From assembly GCA_021780225.1 (NCBI GenBank), contig JAJXZF010000027.1, positions 1,229-65,228 on the forward strand: 64,000 nt of DNA, in the 5' to 3' direction. The notes under the pieces were generated by a model. The model was not told where the DNA came from, did no database searches, and worked only from the letters and a program-made list of their open reading frames with translations. The DNA is from Deltaproteobacteria bacterium (GTDB lineage Bacteria > Desulfobacterota > Binatia > Binatales > Binataceae). This document shows, piece by piece, positions 10,151 to 18,878 of the stretch (position 1 is its first letter; the number at the start of each line of letters is the position of its first letter). The position numbers and the translations under genes are program-made.

Positions 10151-10339
10151 CTAGTGTGGCGTCCCCTGAATAAGTTTGCGCTCCGCGTGGATGCCCGGAT
10201 CAAGTCCGGGCATGACCAACTCTGTTCGTCATTGCCGGGCCCAGACCCGGCAATCCATCCCTGGTCGCCCGACAGTGGGCGACCTGCGCGCCGAGCTGAT
10301 CAGGCGTCAGCTGGAAGTTATTTGCGGGACACACACTAG
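10151..10339. mobile_element. MITE-like element, copy 1 (terminal inverted repeats CTAGTGTGGCGTCCC.../...GGGACACACACTAG)
   Basis: 189 bp, non-coding, about 90 % identical to 12615-12822. Three internal hairpins (ATGCCCGG-atcaagt-CCGGGCAT; ATTGCCGGG-cccaga-CCCGGCAAT; GTCGCCC-gacagt-GGGCGAC). Possible TA target-site duplication. Confidence 0.7.
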
Positions 10340-10864
10340 AGCGATTGAAGGTCTACGGTCACGCGCTATGCGTGACCAACCGACCACACGGCGCTTACTC
10401 GTATGTTGGGCTGATTTCCTGAAAGCTTCGGTCGACCGATCGCCGCGGCCGACCGATGCGCTGAGGAACAATCGAAGTCGGCGCGCGGCGCCACGAAGCG
10501 AACACCCGGCGAATCAAGCCTGAAGCGGCGCCAGCCCCGGCGCGCGCGATCGCCAACTCGTGCTCGTTGATTCTCGAACCTTTGGTCGTTTCCATCGGTT
10601 CGCCCTCCCTTGCGCCGTCCTACGCTTCGCGTCGGCGGCGCGGAGGGTTAAAAGCATCGGCCGTGCCAAATTTCCTGGCCAGCTTTTTCATCCTCAAATA
10701 GTCTTTTTTCAATTACCCTATTCAGTTGCGTCAACGATGTTGCAGCGGTGGAACAGGCCTGAACATTCGTAGCATTTCGGAATGCTACAAATTGAAGAAT
10801 TTGCGCAGATCGGACGAACAGCGCTCCGCTTCGCACAACCCTGAAGGCGTTTCGTTGGCGATGA

Positions 10865-11686
10865 CTACTTGCGCGCGACAAAGGGCCGATCGCGCTCGCT
10901 CAACGCTTCTTTCAGCCCGCGCTCCCTGCTCGCTTTCATCCATTGCTTGACGGTATCGGTCTGATGCGCGAGGCAGTCGAGATCGGCGGCCGATTGTTCG
11001 AGCGCGCGAATCCCTTGCACGTCCAGCCATCGGTTAACCGCGGCTTTATGCAGCGCCAGCAGCTCGACCGGTACCAGCGCGACCCGGCGCGCATACGCCA
11101 GAGTTGCTTCGTCGAGCTGATCCTTTGGAAAAACGCGATTCACCAGATGGCATTCGAGCGCCTCGCCAGCGCTCATCAGGTCGCCGGTGAAAAAATATTC
11201 TTTGGTCTTGCGCGGCCCGATCAACACCGGCCACATCGAAAGCGTCGGCAAAATGCCCAGCGCGCGGCCCGCGGGATGGCCGAACTGAGCATCTTCACTG
11301 GCGAAAACGATATCGCAATGGCCGGCAAGCTCGGTCGCCCCGGCCAGGCAATAGCCATGCACTTGCGCGATCGTCGGCTTGCCCAGCGACCACAGCCGCT
11401 GCCATCGCTCGATTAATTTGTGCAGATTGATCCGGTCGCTGCTGACGGTGAAGCCCGAGCCGGGTTGTTGCGTGCCCTGCAGATCGTAGCCGGCGCAGAA
11501 CGCCCGGCCGGCGCCACGGATAATGAGCACGCTCAAGTCCCGCGCCGCCTCGAATTCGTCAAGCGCCCGATCGAATTCGCCCAGCAGTTTCGGCGACAGC
11601 GCGTTTAACTTCTCGGGCCGGTTCAGCGTGAGCCGGCAAATCTTATCTTCAATTTTTTCGACCAATAGCGTTTCAAATTCAGCCAT
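10865..11686 (-). CDS. enoyl-CoA hydratase/isomerase (crotonase) family protein
   Basis: 273 aa with crotonase-fold motifs (RAFCAGYDL, oxyanion-hole region HGYCLAGATELAGHCDIVFAS). Confidence 0.85.
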   Translation of the reverse strand: MAEFETLLVEKIEDKICRLTLNRPEKLNALSPKLLGEFDRALDEFEAARDLSVLIIRGAGRAFCAGYDLQGTQQPGSGFTVSSDRINLHKLIERWQRLWSLGKPTIAQVHGYCLAGATELAGHCDIVFASEDAQFGHPAGRALGILPTLSMWPVLIGPRKTKEYFFTGDLMSAGEALECHLVNRVFPKDQLDEATLAYARRVALVPVELLALHKAAVNRWLDVQGIRALEQSAADLDCLAHQTDTVKQWMKASRERGLKEALSERDRPFVARK

Positions 11687-11745
11687 CGCCGTCTCTCCTC
11701 GCCTGATCTGTGTTCGATGGTTACGCGGATTCGCCCGCCGCCGCC

Positions 11746-12567
11746 TTAATGCCGCGCGAGAAAGTCCGCGGGCGTCTCAGCGCTCTCCTCCGGCGCCTCC
11801 CAGAAAAACAGGTGTCCGGCGCCCTCGATATAGTGAATTTTTGAACCTTGGATACCACGTTGCAGCATATCGGAATTAGCCGCGGGAACGATCGGATCGG
11901 CGCTGCCCGTGATCACCATCGTGGGCGCTTTAATCTGTCCCAGGCGCGCAAAGCTGTCGAAGGCGGCGATCGCCTCCCACTGACGGCGGTAGGAATGAAG
12001 CGGCGTCGCCGGATACGCGGACATCTCCCTGATGCGCTCGTCAATGATCGCCTGACCGGCGGGCGACGCGACAAAGGCCGGACTGCAACAGGCCTCGAGC
12101 ATCCGCCGCGCCTGCTCAGCGAGCGGCTGGTCCGGATCCGGGGCGAGCGCGGCAGCCGCTTCGGGCGGCGCGAGCATGGAGTTCGCGAAGCCGCAGTTGG
12201 TGCATCCGAGGATCAATCCACGCAGCCGCTCCGGATGATGAAGCGCGAATTCCTGCGCAATCATGCCGCCCATCGAGATTCCATAAACATGGGCGCGGGC
12301 GATACCAGCGTCATCCAGGACGCAAACGACGTCGTCGGCCATGTCAGGCAGCGTCCATGCCCGGTCGGGATGATCGCTTTCGCCGGTACCCCGATTATCG
12401 ATCAGGATGGTACGAAAGCGGTCCGAAATCGCCGAAACGAAGGGTTCGCCCCAAGTCCGCGACGAGCCGCTATAACCCATGATCAAAGCGAGTGGTTCGC
12501 CTTGACCGCGAATCTCATAGCGGATTTTGGCGCCATCGCGGCCTTTGCAAAATTTAGCATTCGCCAT
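11746..12567 (-). CDS. alpha/beta hydrolase
   Basis: 273 aa. Nucleophile elbow GISMGG, HG motif near N-terminus, C-terminal GAGHLFFWEAPEE. Confidence 0.8.
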   Translation of the reverse strand: MANAKFCKGRDGAKIRYEIRGQGEPLALIMGYSGSSRTWGEPFVSAISDRFRTILIDNRGTGESDHPDRAWTLPDMADDVVCVLDDAGIARAHVYGISMGGMIAQEFALHHPERLRGLILGCTNCGFANSMLAPPEAAAALAPDPDQPLAEQARRMLEACCSPAFVASPAGQAIIDERIREMSAYPATPLHSYRRQWEAIAAFDSFARLGQIKAPTMVITGSADPIVPAANSDMLQRGIQGSKIHYIEGAGHLFFWEAPEESAETPADFLARH

Positions 12568-12614
12568 TTCTTCACCTCACGCAGGGCGCTGCGTTCGCCT
12601 CTATTCGGGCCGGT

Positions 12615-12822
12615 CTAGTGTGGCGTCCCCTAAATAAGTTCGCGCGCCGCGTCTATCTTGCGCTCCGCGTGGATGCCCGGATCAAGTCCGGGCATGACCA
12701 GCTCGGTTCGTCATTGCCGGGCCTAGACCCAGCAATCCATCCCGGGTCGCGCCGCGATGGGCGGCCTGCGCGCCGAGCTGATAAGGCATCAGGTGGAAGT
12801 TATTTGCGGGACACCACACTAG
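12615..12822. mobile_element. MITE-like element, copy 2 (same orientation as copy 1)
   Basis: 208 bp with the same termini CTAGTGTGGCGTCCCC.../...GGGACACCACACTAG. Contains an extra internal 18-24 bp duplication relative to copy 1. Confidence 0.7.
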
Positions 12823-12922
12823 AAATGGCGCCTTCGACCGTCGCACGGCAAGTACGATTCAGTTCCGGATAGCCGCGACTGATTGGCCAGCGCGGCGACG
12901 CCGGCCGCTGGTTGCAACGGGC

Positions 12923-12958
12923 GAAAAAAAAGCGCGAGCCGAAGCATCGGCCCGCGCC
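12923..12958 (-). terminator. rho-independent terminator downstream of phasin gene
   Basis: Minus strand: GC-rich hairpin (GCGCGGGCCGA-tgct-TCGGCTCGCGC) followed by TTTTTTTT. Confidence 0.6.
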
Positions 12959-12984
12959 AATCTGAGCAATCGAAGGCTGAAGGA

Positions 12985-13347
12985 TTAGTTGTTCGCCGGA
13001 ACCTGCCACAGGTTGCGCGCGGCGGTCGCGGAGCGCGCAATCAACTTGCGGGCGAAATTCTGCTGAGCTTCGAACAGCGGCGCCAGCGGGGTTTCCTTCG
13101 CCCATCCAGTCGCCTTCTCTTGCAGTTCGAGCGCCTGAGTTGCGAAACGCTCGCTGGTCTCGATATACCAAGCGGCCGCCTTCTTCGCGCCGTCCAGCGA
13201 GAAGAATGATTCGCCCAATTTGCTGAACGCTTCAAACATGCCTTCGCGATTTTCCTTTTCCACTGCGTCCAAACCTCCAGTCCCTTTGCGGGAAGTCTTT
13301 TTTTGCGCGTCTTTGACGCTTTTTGCGGATTTTTTCAAATTAATCAC
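12985..13347 (-). CDS. phasin-family (PHA granule-associated) protein
   Basis: 120 aa, Ala/Lys/Glu-rich, predicted helical, immediately downstream of phaC. Resembles phasin family proteins (low-complexity, so moderate confidence). Confidence 0.55.
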   Translation of the reverse strand: MINLKKSAKSVKDAQKKTSRKGTGGLDAVEKENREGMFEAFSKLGESFFSLDGAKKAAAWYIETSERFATQALELQEKATGWAKETPLAPLFEAQQNFARKLIARSATAARNLWQVPANN

Positions 13348-13418
13348 TCATCGATTGGCGACTTCGACGGATTTGTCACATGGGCGACAAATAGAGTCGA
13401 AATTCACGCGTATCAGCC

Positions 13419-14519
13419 TCACATCAGCGGATGATCGCGATCAGCGAGCCATCCCGCGATTTCCGGCCACATCTTCTTCAGCGCCCCGGCGCTGACGACC
13501 GCGCCGATATGTCCGGTCGGGAAACTCAGGTTCCGCTTGTCCGCGCTGCCGACCTTGTCAATCAACTTGAGGCTCGAATTGGGGTGCACGACGTCGTCAT
13601 GCTCGGCCACGACGTTCAAGATCGGCATCGTGATTTGGCTCAAATCGACCAGGCGCCCGCCAACTTTAAACTCGCCCTTGGCCAGCTTGTTCGCCTTGAA
13701 GATCTCCGAGGTCAGCTCGCCAAAAATCCGGCCCGCCAGCGGCACGTCGCTCTGCATCCAGCGTTCGAACAACTCGAACATTTCCGCATAACCATCGCGC
13801 TCGGCGTTGCGATACAAACCAACGTATTTGTCGAGCGCGTGATGCATCGGCGCCATCGCGGTGAACATCGAATTCACCATCCACGCCGGGCAGTTTCCGT
13901 AGATTTTAGCGATCAATTCGAAGCCGCGATCGTCGATCCGATCCATCAGGTTGTAGATCGCCAGATCGCGCGAGCCCATGTCGTACGGGGTGGTCAGCGT
14001 AACCAGATTTTTGACCTTCTCCGGATGCAGCGCCGCGTAAAGCAGGCTCAGCAGCGCGCCGAAGCAGTAGCCAATGATGTTGACCTGATCGATATCTTCC
14101 GCGATCTGCACCGCACGGACGGCGTTGTCCAAATCCTGGTTGACATAGGCGTCGAAACCGCGCCATGCATCAGCGCGAGTCGGCGGCTGCCAGTCGATCA
14201 GGTAGACGTCGAAGCCGCGCTTGAGCAGCAATTCCACCACGCTCTTGCCGGGCTGCAAATCGAGTACGAATGGACGCTTGATCAGAGCGTAAACCAGCAC
14301 GATCGGCGTCGCCTGGATGCGGTTGGGCGCACGGTAATGCCGCAGGCTGACCTTGCCGCCTTCGTAGATGACCTTGTAGGGCGTGACCGGCGGCGGATCG
14401 GCCGCCACCTGCGAGCCGAAACCGCGGCCAATCGAATCGAGCGTGCGGACCGCGCCGTCCAGCCAATAACCGGCGATATCGTTAAAGAGCGACACTCTTC
14501 TTGCCCTCCTTGCGGCCAC
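13419..14519 (-). CDS. phaC: class III poly(R)-hydroxyalkanoate synthase subunit PhaC
   Basis: About 360 aa. Lipase-box G-Y-C-F-G and strong collinearity with class III PhaC (VYLIDW..., NIIGYCFGALLSLLYAALHPEKVKNLVTLTTP). True start may be the internal VSLFND (14495). Confidence 0.85.
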   Translation of the reverse strand: MAARRARRVSLFNDIAGYWLDGAVRTLDSIGRGFGSQVAADPPPVTPYKVIYEGGKVSLRHYRAPNRIQATPIVLVYALIKRPFVLDLQPGKSVVELLLKRGFDVYLIDWQPPTRADAWRGFDAYVNQDLDNAVRAVQIAEDIDQVNIIGYCFGALLSLLYAALHPEKVKNLVTLTTPYDMGSRDLAIYNLMDRIDDRGFELIAKIYGNCPAWMVNSMFTAMAPMHHALDKYVGLYRNAERDGYAEMFELFERWMQSDVPLAGRIFGELTSEIFKANKLAKGEFKVGGRLVDLSQITMPILNVVAEHDDVVHPNSSLKLIDKVGSADKRNLSFPTGHIGAVVSAGALKKMWPEIAGWLADRDHPLM

Positions 14520-15039
14520 GGCGGGTGCGCGCCTGTTCCGGATGGTATCCGTTCCAGATCATCGCAGCGGCGGCATTCTGGGCCTCCGCGCTGCGCGCCG
14601 CCGCATAGTCCTCGACGCCGTCCAGCGCGTCTTCGGCCGGTTGGCTTTTAAGCTCTTCACTGAGCGCGCGAACTTCCTGCCGCAGCGCTTTCACGTCGTC
14701 GCGCAGGGCGGTCACCGCGGCCTCGGTCGGAAGGCCGAGCGCCGGCCACAGGTTGCCGAACACCGCCGAGGCGGCCGCATCGACCACCCGCTGCACCTGC
14801 AACGCCGCGCCGATCCCCCGGCCGACCACTTCGCCGAAGGCGCGGTTGGCGTACAAACCGTTCGCGGCTTCATTAGCCAGGCTTATATAAGCGTCGTACG
14901 CTTTCCAGCCGGCCTGGCGCAGCGCGCCGCGATCGCCGTTGGCGAGCAAACTTTTCGCGGCGGCGGCCGGCAATTCGACAGTGACGACTTCAAACAGTTT
15001 AGCCATTTCGTCGAGCATTGGATTGTTTTTCGCGCTCAT
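14482..15039 (-). CDS. PHA synthase second subunit, PhaE-like (short form)
   Basis: ORF directly upstream of phaC and overlapping it. Start taken at MSAKNNP (GAGGT SD); the raw ORF extends to 15219 across a palindromic site. PhaE-like character (…LWPALGLPTEAAVTALRDDVKALRQEVRALSEEL), but at about 185 aa it is shorter than typical PhaE. Confidence 0.5.
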   Translation of the reverse strand: MSAKNNPMLDEMAKLFEVVTVELPAAAAKSLLANGDRGALRQAGWKAYDAYISLANEAANGLYANRAFGEVVGRGIGAALQVQRVVDAAASAVFGNLWPALGLPTEAAVTALRDDVKALRQEVRALSEELKSQPAEDALDGVEDYAAARSAEAQNAAAAMIWNGYHPEQARTRRGRKEGKKSVAL

Positions 15040-15201
15040 CGCTTTGACCTCGCTGTTAACCGCGGGCTTGCTTCCGTCTTTCTCGTTCATCTTACTGGGG
15101 GAAAGTTTAATTGATGTCTCGGCGCTATCAACGGATGATGACGTTTCAGTCTGTCGCGGGCGCGACCAAATCGTCCGATCTCCGCGCCGATACCGGCGGT
15201 T

Positions 15202-15219
15202 TTGTCGCCTTGGCGACAA
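15202..15219. promoter_or_regulatory. perfect 8-bp inverted repeat TTGTCGCC-TT-GGCGACAA in phaE/crp divergent region
   Basis: Seen directly; half-site TGTCGCC recurs at about 15243. Candidate operator for a dimeric HTH regulator. Confidence 0.35.
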
Positions 15220-15246
15220 CCCGTCCGGCTGTGCTAGGAAGCATCT

Positions 15247-15999
15247 GTGTCGCCAAAACCTGGAATTGACGGAAAAGCGCTCGGCCGGCTGCCTAATTTG
15301 GCTTGGTTAAGCCCGGATCAGTTACAAGGACTCGCCCAGAGCCTTGTTCCGCAAAAAATCAAAAGGCGCGACACGATATTTTTCGAGGGCGAAAGCGCCA
15401 ATCGCGTCTTTGTGCTGCTCTCGGGCGTCGCGAAACTTTCGTTTATCCATCGCGACGAACGAGTACTGGTCGGCTTGGTCGGTCCGGGCGAGGTCTTCGG
15501 CGTATCCTCGCTGTTGCCGCATATGACGCGGCCATTCCGATGCGATGCGTTCAGCGACTGCACCATCGGCGTGGTGCGGCCCGAAACGTTCGTCGGACTG
15601 GTGCTGGGCGTGCCGCTGGAACGCTTCAGCCGCACGCTCGAAATCACAGTCGGGCGCTGGTGGATGATGCTCCAGCGCTATACCAATTTCGTCGGGCTGA
15701 GCGTGCGCGAGCGCCTGGCGGGAGCGTTGCTGGAATTATCCGCGAAGTTCGGCGTCGAGGACGCGCGCGGAACTTTACTGACGCTCAAGTTCACGCACGC
15801 GGACCTTGCCGAATTGGTTGGCGCATCGCGGCAGCGCACGACCGAGCAGCTCAATGAATTCGAGGACGAAGGAATTATCATCCGCGACGGACGGCGCGTG
15901 ATCATCGTTCCGCAACAATTGCGCGCGTTGATCGAAACGCCTGCTAATGAAACAGCCCGGCCGGCGCACGACGGCGTCGGCCAGAACCGCCGGAACTGA
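15247..15999 (+). CDS. Crp/Fnr-family transcriptional regulator
   Basis: cNMP-binding-like beta-roll (IFFEGESANRVFVLLSGVAKL) followed by C-terminal HTH (HADLAELVGASRQRTTEQLNEFEDEGII). GTG start. Confidence 0.8.
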   Translation: MSPKPGIDGKALGRLPNLAWLSPDQLQGLAQSLVPQKIKRRDTIFFEGESANRVFVLLSGVAKLSFIHRDERVLVGLVGPGEVFGVSSLLPHMTRPFRCDAFSDCTIGVVRPETFVGLVLGVPLERFSRTLEITVGRWWMMLQRYTNFVGLSVRERLAGALLELSAKFGVEDARGTLLTLKFTHADLAELVGASRQRTTEQLNEFEDEGIIIRDGRRVIIVPQQLRALIETPANETARPAHDGVGQNRRN

Positions 16000-16029
16000 A
16001 CCAACAGAACCAATCGGAGCGATCGAACG

Positions 16030-16866
16030 TTGCCAGGACAAAGCGTCTTTTACGAAGCCAACGGTCTCAGGCTGCACTATCTTGATTTTGGAAATGCCGG
16101 CGCGCCAACGCTCGTGTGCATCCACGGATTGAGCGGCAATGCGCACAATTTCGACGCTCTCACGCCGCATCTGGCGGGCCGCTACCACGTGATTTCCGTG
16201 GACGTGCGCGGACGCGGCGACAGCGCCTGGGGACCGCCGGCCGAGTATGCGCCGCCGTTCTACGTCAAAGACCTCGACGCGCTGTTGAACGGCCTGGGCG
16301 TCGCGCGAGTGACGTTGGTCGGCACTTCGATGGGCGGCATCATCTCGATGATCTTCGCGGGCGGCTATCCCGAACGAGTCGAGAAGTTGGTATTGAACGA
16401 TATTGGTCCGGAAATCGACTCGGCCGGGCTGAGACGGATCACTGACTATTTCACCGCGGCGCAGAACGAATTCGACAACTTGGACGACGTCGCCGCTTAT
16501 TATCGAAAGAACTATCCATTTCTCGCCAAAACGCCCCAGCCGGAATTGATCGAGTTCGTGCGATGGGCGGTCAAGCCGAACGGACAGGGCAAGCTGGTCT
16601 GGAAGATCGATCCCGCCGTCCGCAATATTCCGCGTTCCGGCAGCGAAGCGCGTCCGATGGACCTGTGGGTGCCGTTCGCGCGCATCGCCGCGCCGGTGCT
16701 GGTCGTACGCGGCGCGGAAAGCGACATCCTCTCGGCCGAAACCGCGGCGCGGATGGGCCGGGTGCTGCGCGGCACGCGGATCGCCGAGATTCCGGGCGTG
16801 GGACACGCGCCGACGCTGACCGAGCCGGAAGCGCTCGCCGCCCTCCGCGGTTTTTTGCTGGACTGA
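16030..16866 (+). CDS. alpha/beta hydrolase
   Basis: 278 aa. HG motif (CIHGLSGN), nucleophile elbow GTSMGG, C-terminal GVGHAP. Confidence 0.8.
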   Translation: MPGQSVFYEANGLRLHYLDFGNAGAPTLVCIHGLSGNAHNFDALTPHLAGRYHVISVDVRGRGDSAWGPPAEYAPPFYVKDLDALLNGLGVARVTLVGTSMGGIISMIFAGGYPERVEKLVLNDIGPEIDSAGLRRITDYFTAAQNEFDNLDDVAAYYRKNYPFLAKTPQPELIEFVRWAVKPNGQGKLVWKIDPAVRNIPRSGSEARPMDLWVPFARIAAPVLVVRGAESDILSAETAARMGRVLRGTRIAEIPGVGHAPTLTEPEALAALRGFLLD

Positions 16867-16950
16867 ACAGTCAATCGGAGACGCGCGCGGCGCGATAGTT
16901 GCTGTCATTTGTCGCAACTACCGCGCCGCGCTGACTTGACGGAACTTCTG

Positions 16951-17967
16951 TCAGTGCGGGAATTCGACGATCACTTTGGCGCGGCCGCCCGGTTTCCGCA
17001 GCGCGTCGAACATTTCCGGCACCTGATCAACGCTGATAACGTCGGTGACCATCGGCTGCGGCTTGATGCGTCCGTTCGCAAGCGCAGCGATCGTCTCGTC
17101 GAAGTCCGGCGGATCGTAGCCCAGCACAAAATTGACGCTGACTTCCTTGAAGATGCATTTGAGCGGCGTGATTTGATCCGGCTCCATGCAAACTCCGACC
17201 ACGACCACCTGCCCGCGCGGACGCACCATCTCGATCGCATTTTCGAGCGTGCCTTTGACGCCGATACACTCGAAGATCGTCGCCGGACTCTCGCCGGTCA
17301 TTTCGCGCACTTGAGCGGCGGGATCGTTTTCTTTCGGATTCAAAACCACGTCGGCGCCCAATTGGCGCGCAAGCTCGGCCCGTCCCGCGGCGATCTCTGA
17401 AACCACAACGGCCGCGCCTTTGCCTTTCGCCCACGTCAGAGTGGCCAGGCCGATCGGTCCCGCGCCCATCACGACGGCCACGTCGCCGGCTCGAATCCCG
17501 GAGCGCTTGACCGCGTGCAATCCGACCGACAGCGGCTCGACCATCGCGCCGTCGCGCGACGACACGTTGTCGGGCAGCTTGAACAGGCTTTGCGCGCCGC
17601 AGGCGACGAATTCGGCATACGCGCCTGGCAACTGCCCAAGGCCGAGTCCCTGCAGCTTCAGACAATGAATCTCCATCCCGTGCTTGCAACGATCGCATAC
17701 GCCGCATGAATTGAAGGGCAGCGCCGAGACGCGGTCTCCGAGCTTGAACCCGCTCACGCCGGCGCCGATCTCGTGCACCTCGCCGCAGAACTCGTAGCCC
17801 ATGATGGTGTCGGGCGGCATCCCGAAGCCATATTGCACGGCGTGCAGATCGGAACCGCAGATGCCGCAGGCGTGGACTTTCAGCACGATCTCGCCGGCCT
17901 TCGCCTGAGGCTTGGGCGCGTCGATTACGGCCATCTCGTTGGGCCGCTTGTAAACCGCGACTTTCAT
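16951..17967 (-). CDS. zinc-dependent alcohol dehydrogenase (MDR family)
   Basis: 338 aa. Catalytic Zn ligands (CGICGSDLH), structural Zn cluster (CGVCDRCKHG), Rossmann GAGPIGL. Confidence 0.85.
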   Translation of the reverse strand: MKVAVYKRPNEMAVIDAPKPQAKAGEIVLKVHACGICGSDLHAVQYGFGMPPDTIMGYEFCGEVHEIGAGVSGFKLGDRVSALPFNSCGVCDRCKHGMEIHCLKLQGLGLGQLPGAYAEFVACGAQSLFKLPDNVSSRDGAMVEPLSVGLHAVKRSGIRAGDVAVVMGAGPIGLATLTWAKGKGAAVVVSEIAAGRAELARQLGADVVLNPKENDPAAQVREMTGESPATIFECIGVKGTLENAIEMVRPRGQVVVVGVCMEPDQITPLKCIFKEVSVNFVLGYDPPDFDETIAALANGRIKPQPMVTDVISVDQVPEMFDALRKPGGRAKVIVEFPH

Positions 17968-17995
17968 TCCGAGTCTCTTTTCGCCGGCCGGGGGA

Positions 17996-18397
17996 TCAAG
18001 CCGCGGCGGATTTGCCCTGTTGAATCAGTTCGATTTTGTAGCCGTTGGGATCTTCGATAAAGGCGATCTCCGGACCGCCGAATTTCATCGGACCCGGCTC
18101 GCGCACGACCTTGACGCCGTGCCGTTTGAGCGCGTCGCAGGTCGCGTAGATATCATCGACGCCGACCGCGAGGTGCCCGAACGCGGAGCCGACATCGTAG
18201 CTGGAGGTGTCCCAGTTGTGAGTCAGCTCGACGACCGTCTGATTGCGTTCGTCGCCGTATCCGACAAACGCCAGCGTGAAGCGGCCGTTCGGATAATCGT
18301 GCTTGCGCAGCAACTTCATCCCCATCGCGTCGCAATAGAATTTCAGGGATTCGTCAAGATTGTTGACGCGAATCATCGTATGCAGCAGGCGCATCAT
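17996..18397 (-). CDS. gloA: lactoylglutathione lyase (glyoxalase I)
   Basis: 133 aa, near-collinear with E. coli GloA (MRLLHTMIRV..., LAFVGYG..., ELTHNW..., GYKIELI). Confidence 0.9.
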   Translation of the reverse strand: MMRLLHTMIRVNNLDESLKFYCDAMGMKLLRKHDYPNGRFTLAFVGYGDERNQTVVELTHNWDTSSYDVGSAFGHLAVGVDDIYATCDALKRHGVKVVREPGPMKFGGPEIAFIEDPNGYKIELIQQGKSAAA

Positions 18398-18400
18398 CGC

Positions 18401-18685
18401 TCAGTCCTCCCGGCGGGCCGGCCGCCCGCCGCGCATGGCGGCCAAGCGTTCCAACTCGCCTTTGATTTGATCGAATTGCTTTTCGGTCGGATCGATTCCC
18501 GCGCGCTCCATCAGCGCCGTCAGTTCCCAGCGCTCGACGCCGAGCATTTGGAGGGCTTCGTGCTCGTGCAGCCGGCGCGCGCGCAACAATTCGAGCACGG
18601 CGAACTCGCGCACGCGCGCCGCGAAATCCTCGGCGCGGAATTCGTCGTCGAAGACGCCGGACGGTATGTCGAGGCCGATTCGCAT
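18401..18685 (-). CDS. UPF0175-family (antitoxin-like) small protein
   Basis: About 94 aa with pattern ...LELLRARRLHEHEALQMLGVERWELTALMERAGI... matching UPF0175/COG2886. No adjacent PIN/DUF3368 partner. Confidence 0.5.
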   Translation of the reverse strand: MRIGLDIPSGVFDDEFRAEDFAARVREFAVLELLRARRLHEHEALQMLGVERWELTALMERAGIDPTEKQFDQIKGELERLAAMRGGRPARRED

Positions 18686-18878
18686 CGGGAACGCGCCGAT
18701 TTTCGCACACCCTGGCACGCGGTCAAGTCTGAATTAATTGCCGCACGCCGGAACGAATTTCATCGTGGCGCTTTGGATTCCTCATGCTACAATCCGCGCA
18801 AATAAGCGGCGCTGGATTTGGAGCGTGCGGGCGTATCGACGCGCGGCGCGGGCCGGCAGCCGGAATCGGGAGTTATCG

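Noticed and set aside
10145-10339. ORFs 10145-10339 + and 12618-12872 + (MRLVWRPLNKFALRVDARIKSGHDQL...)
   Set aside because: Both lie entirely inside the two MITE copies. The similarity reflects the repeat, not a gene.
10773-10792. Perfect hairpin GTAGCATT-tcgg-AATGCTAC downstream of the crotonase gene as terminator
   Set aside because: No T-tract on either strand, so not called as a rho-independent terminator. It might still be a processing or stability element.
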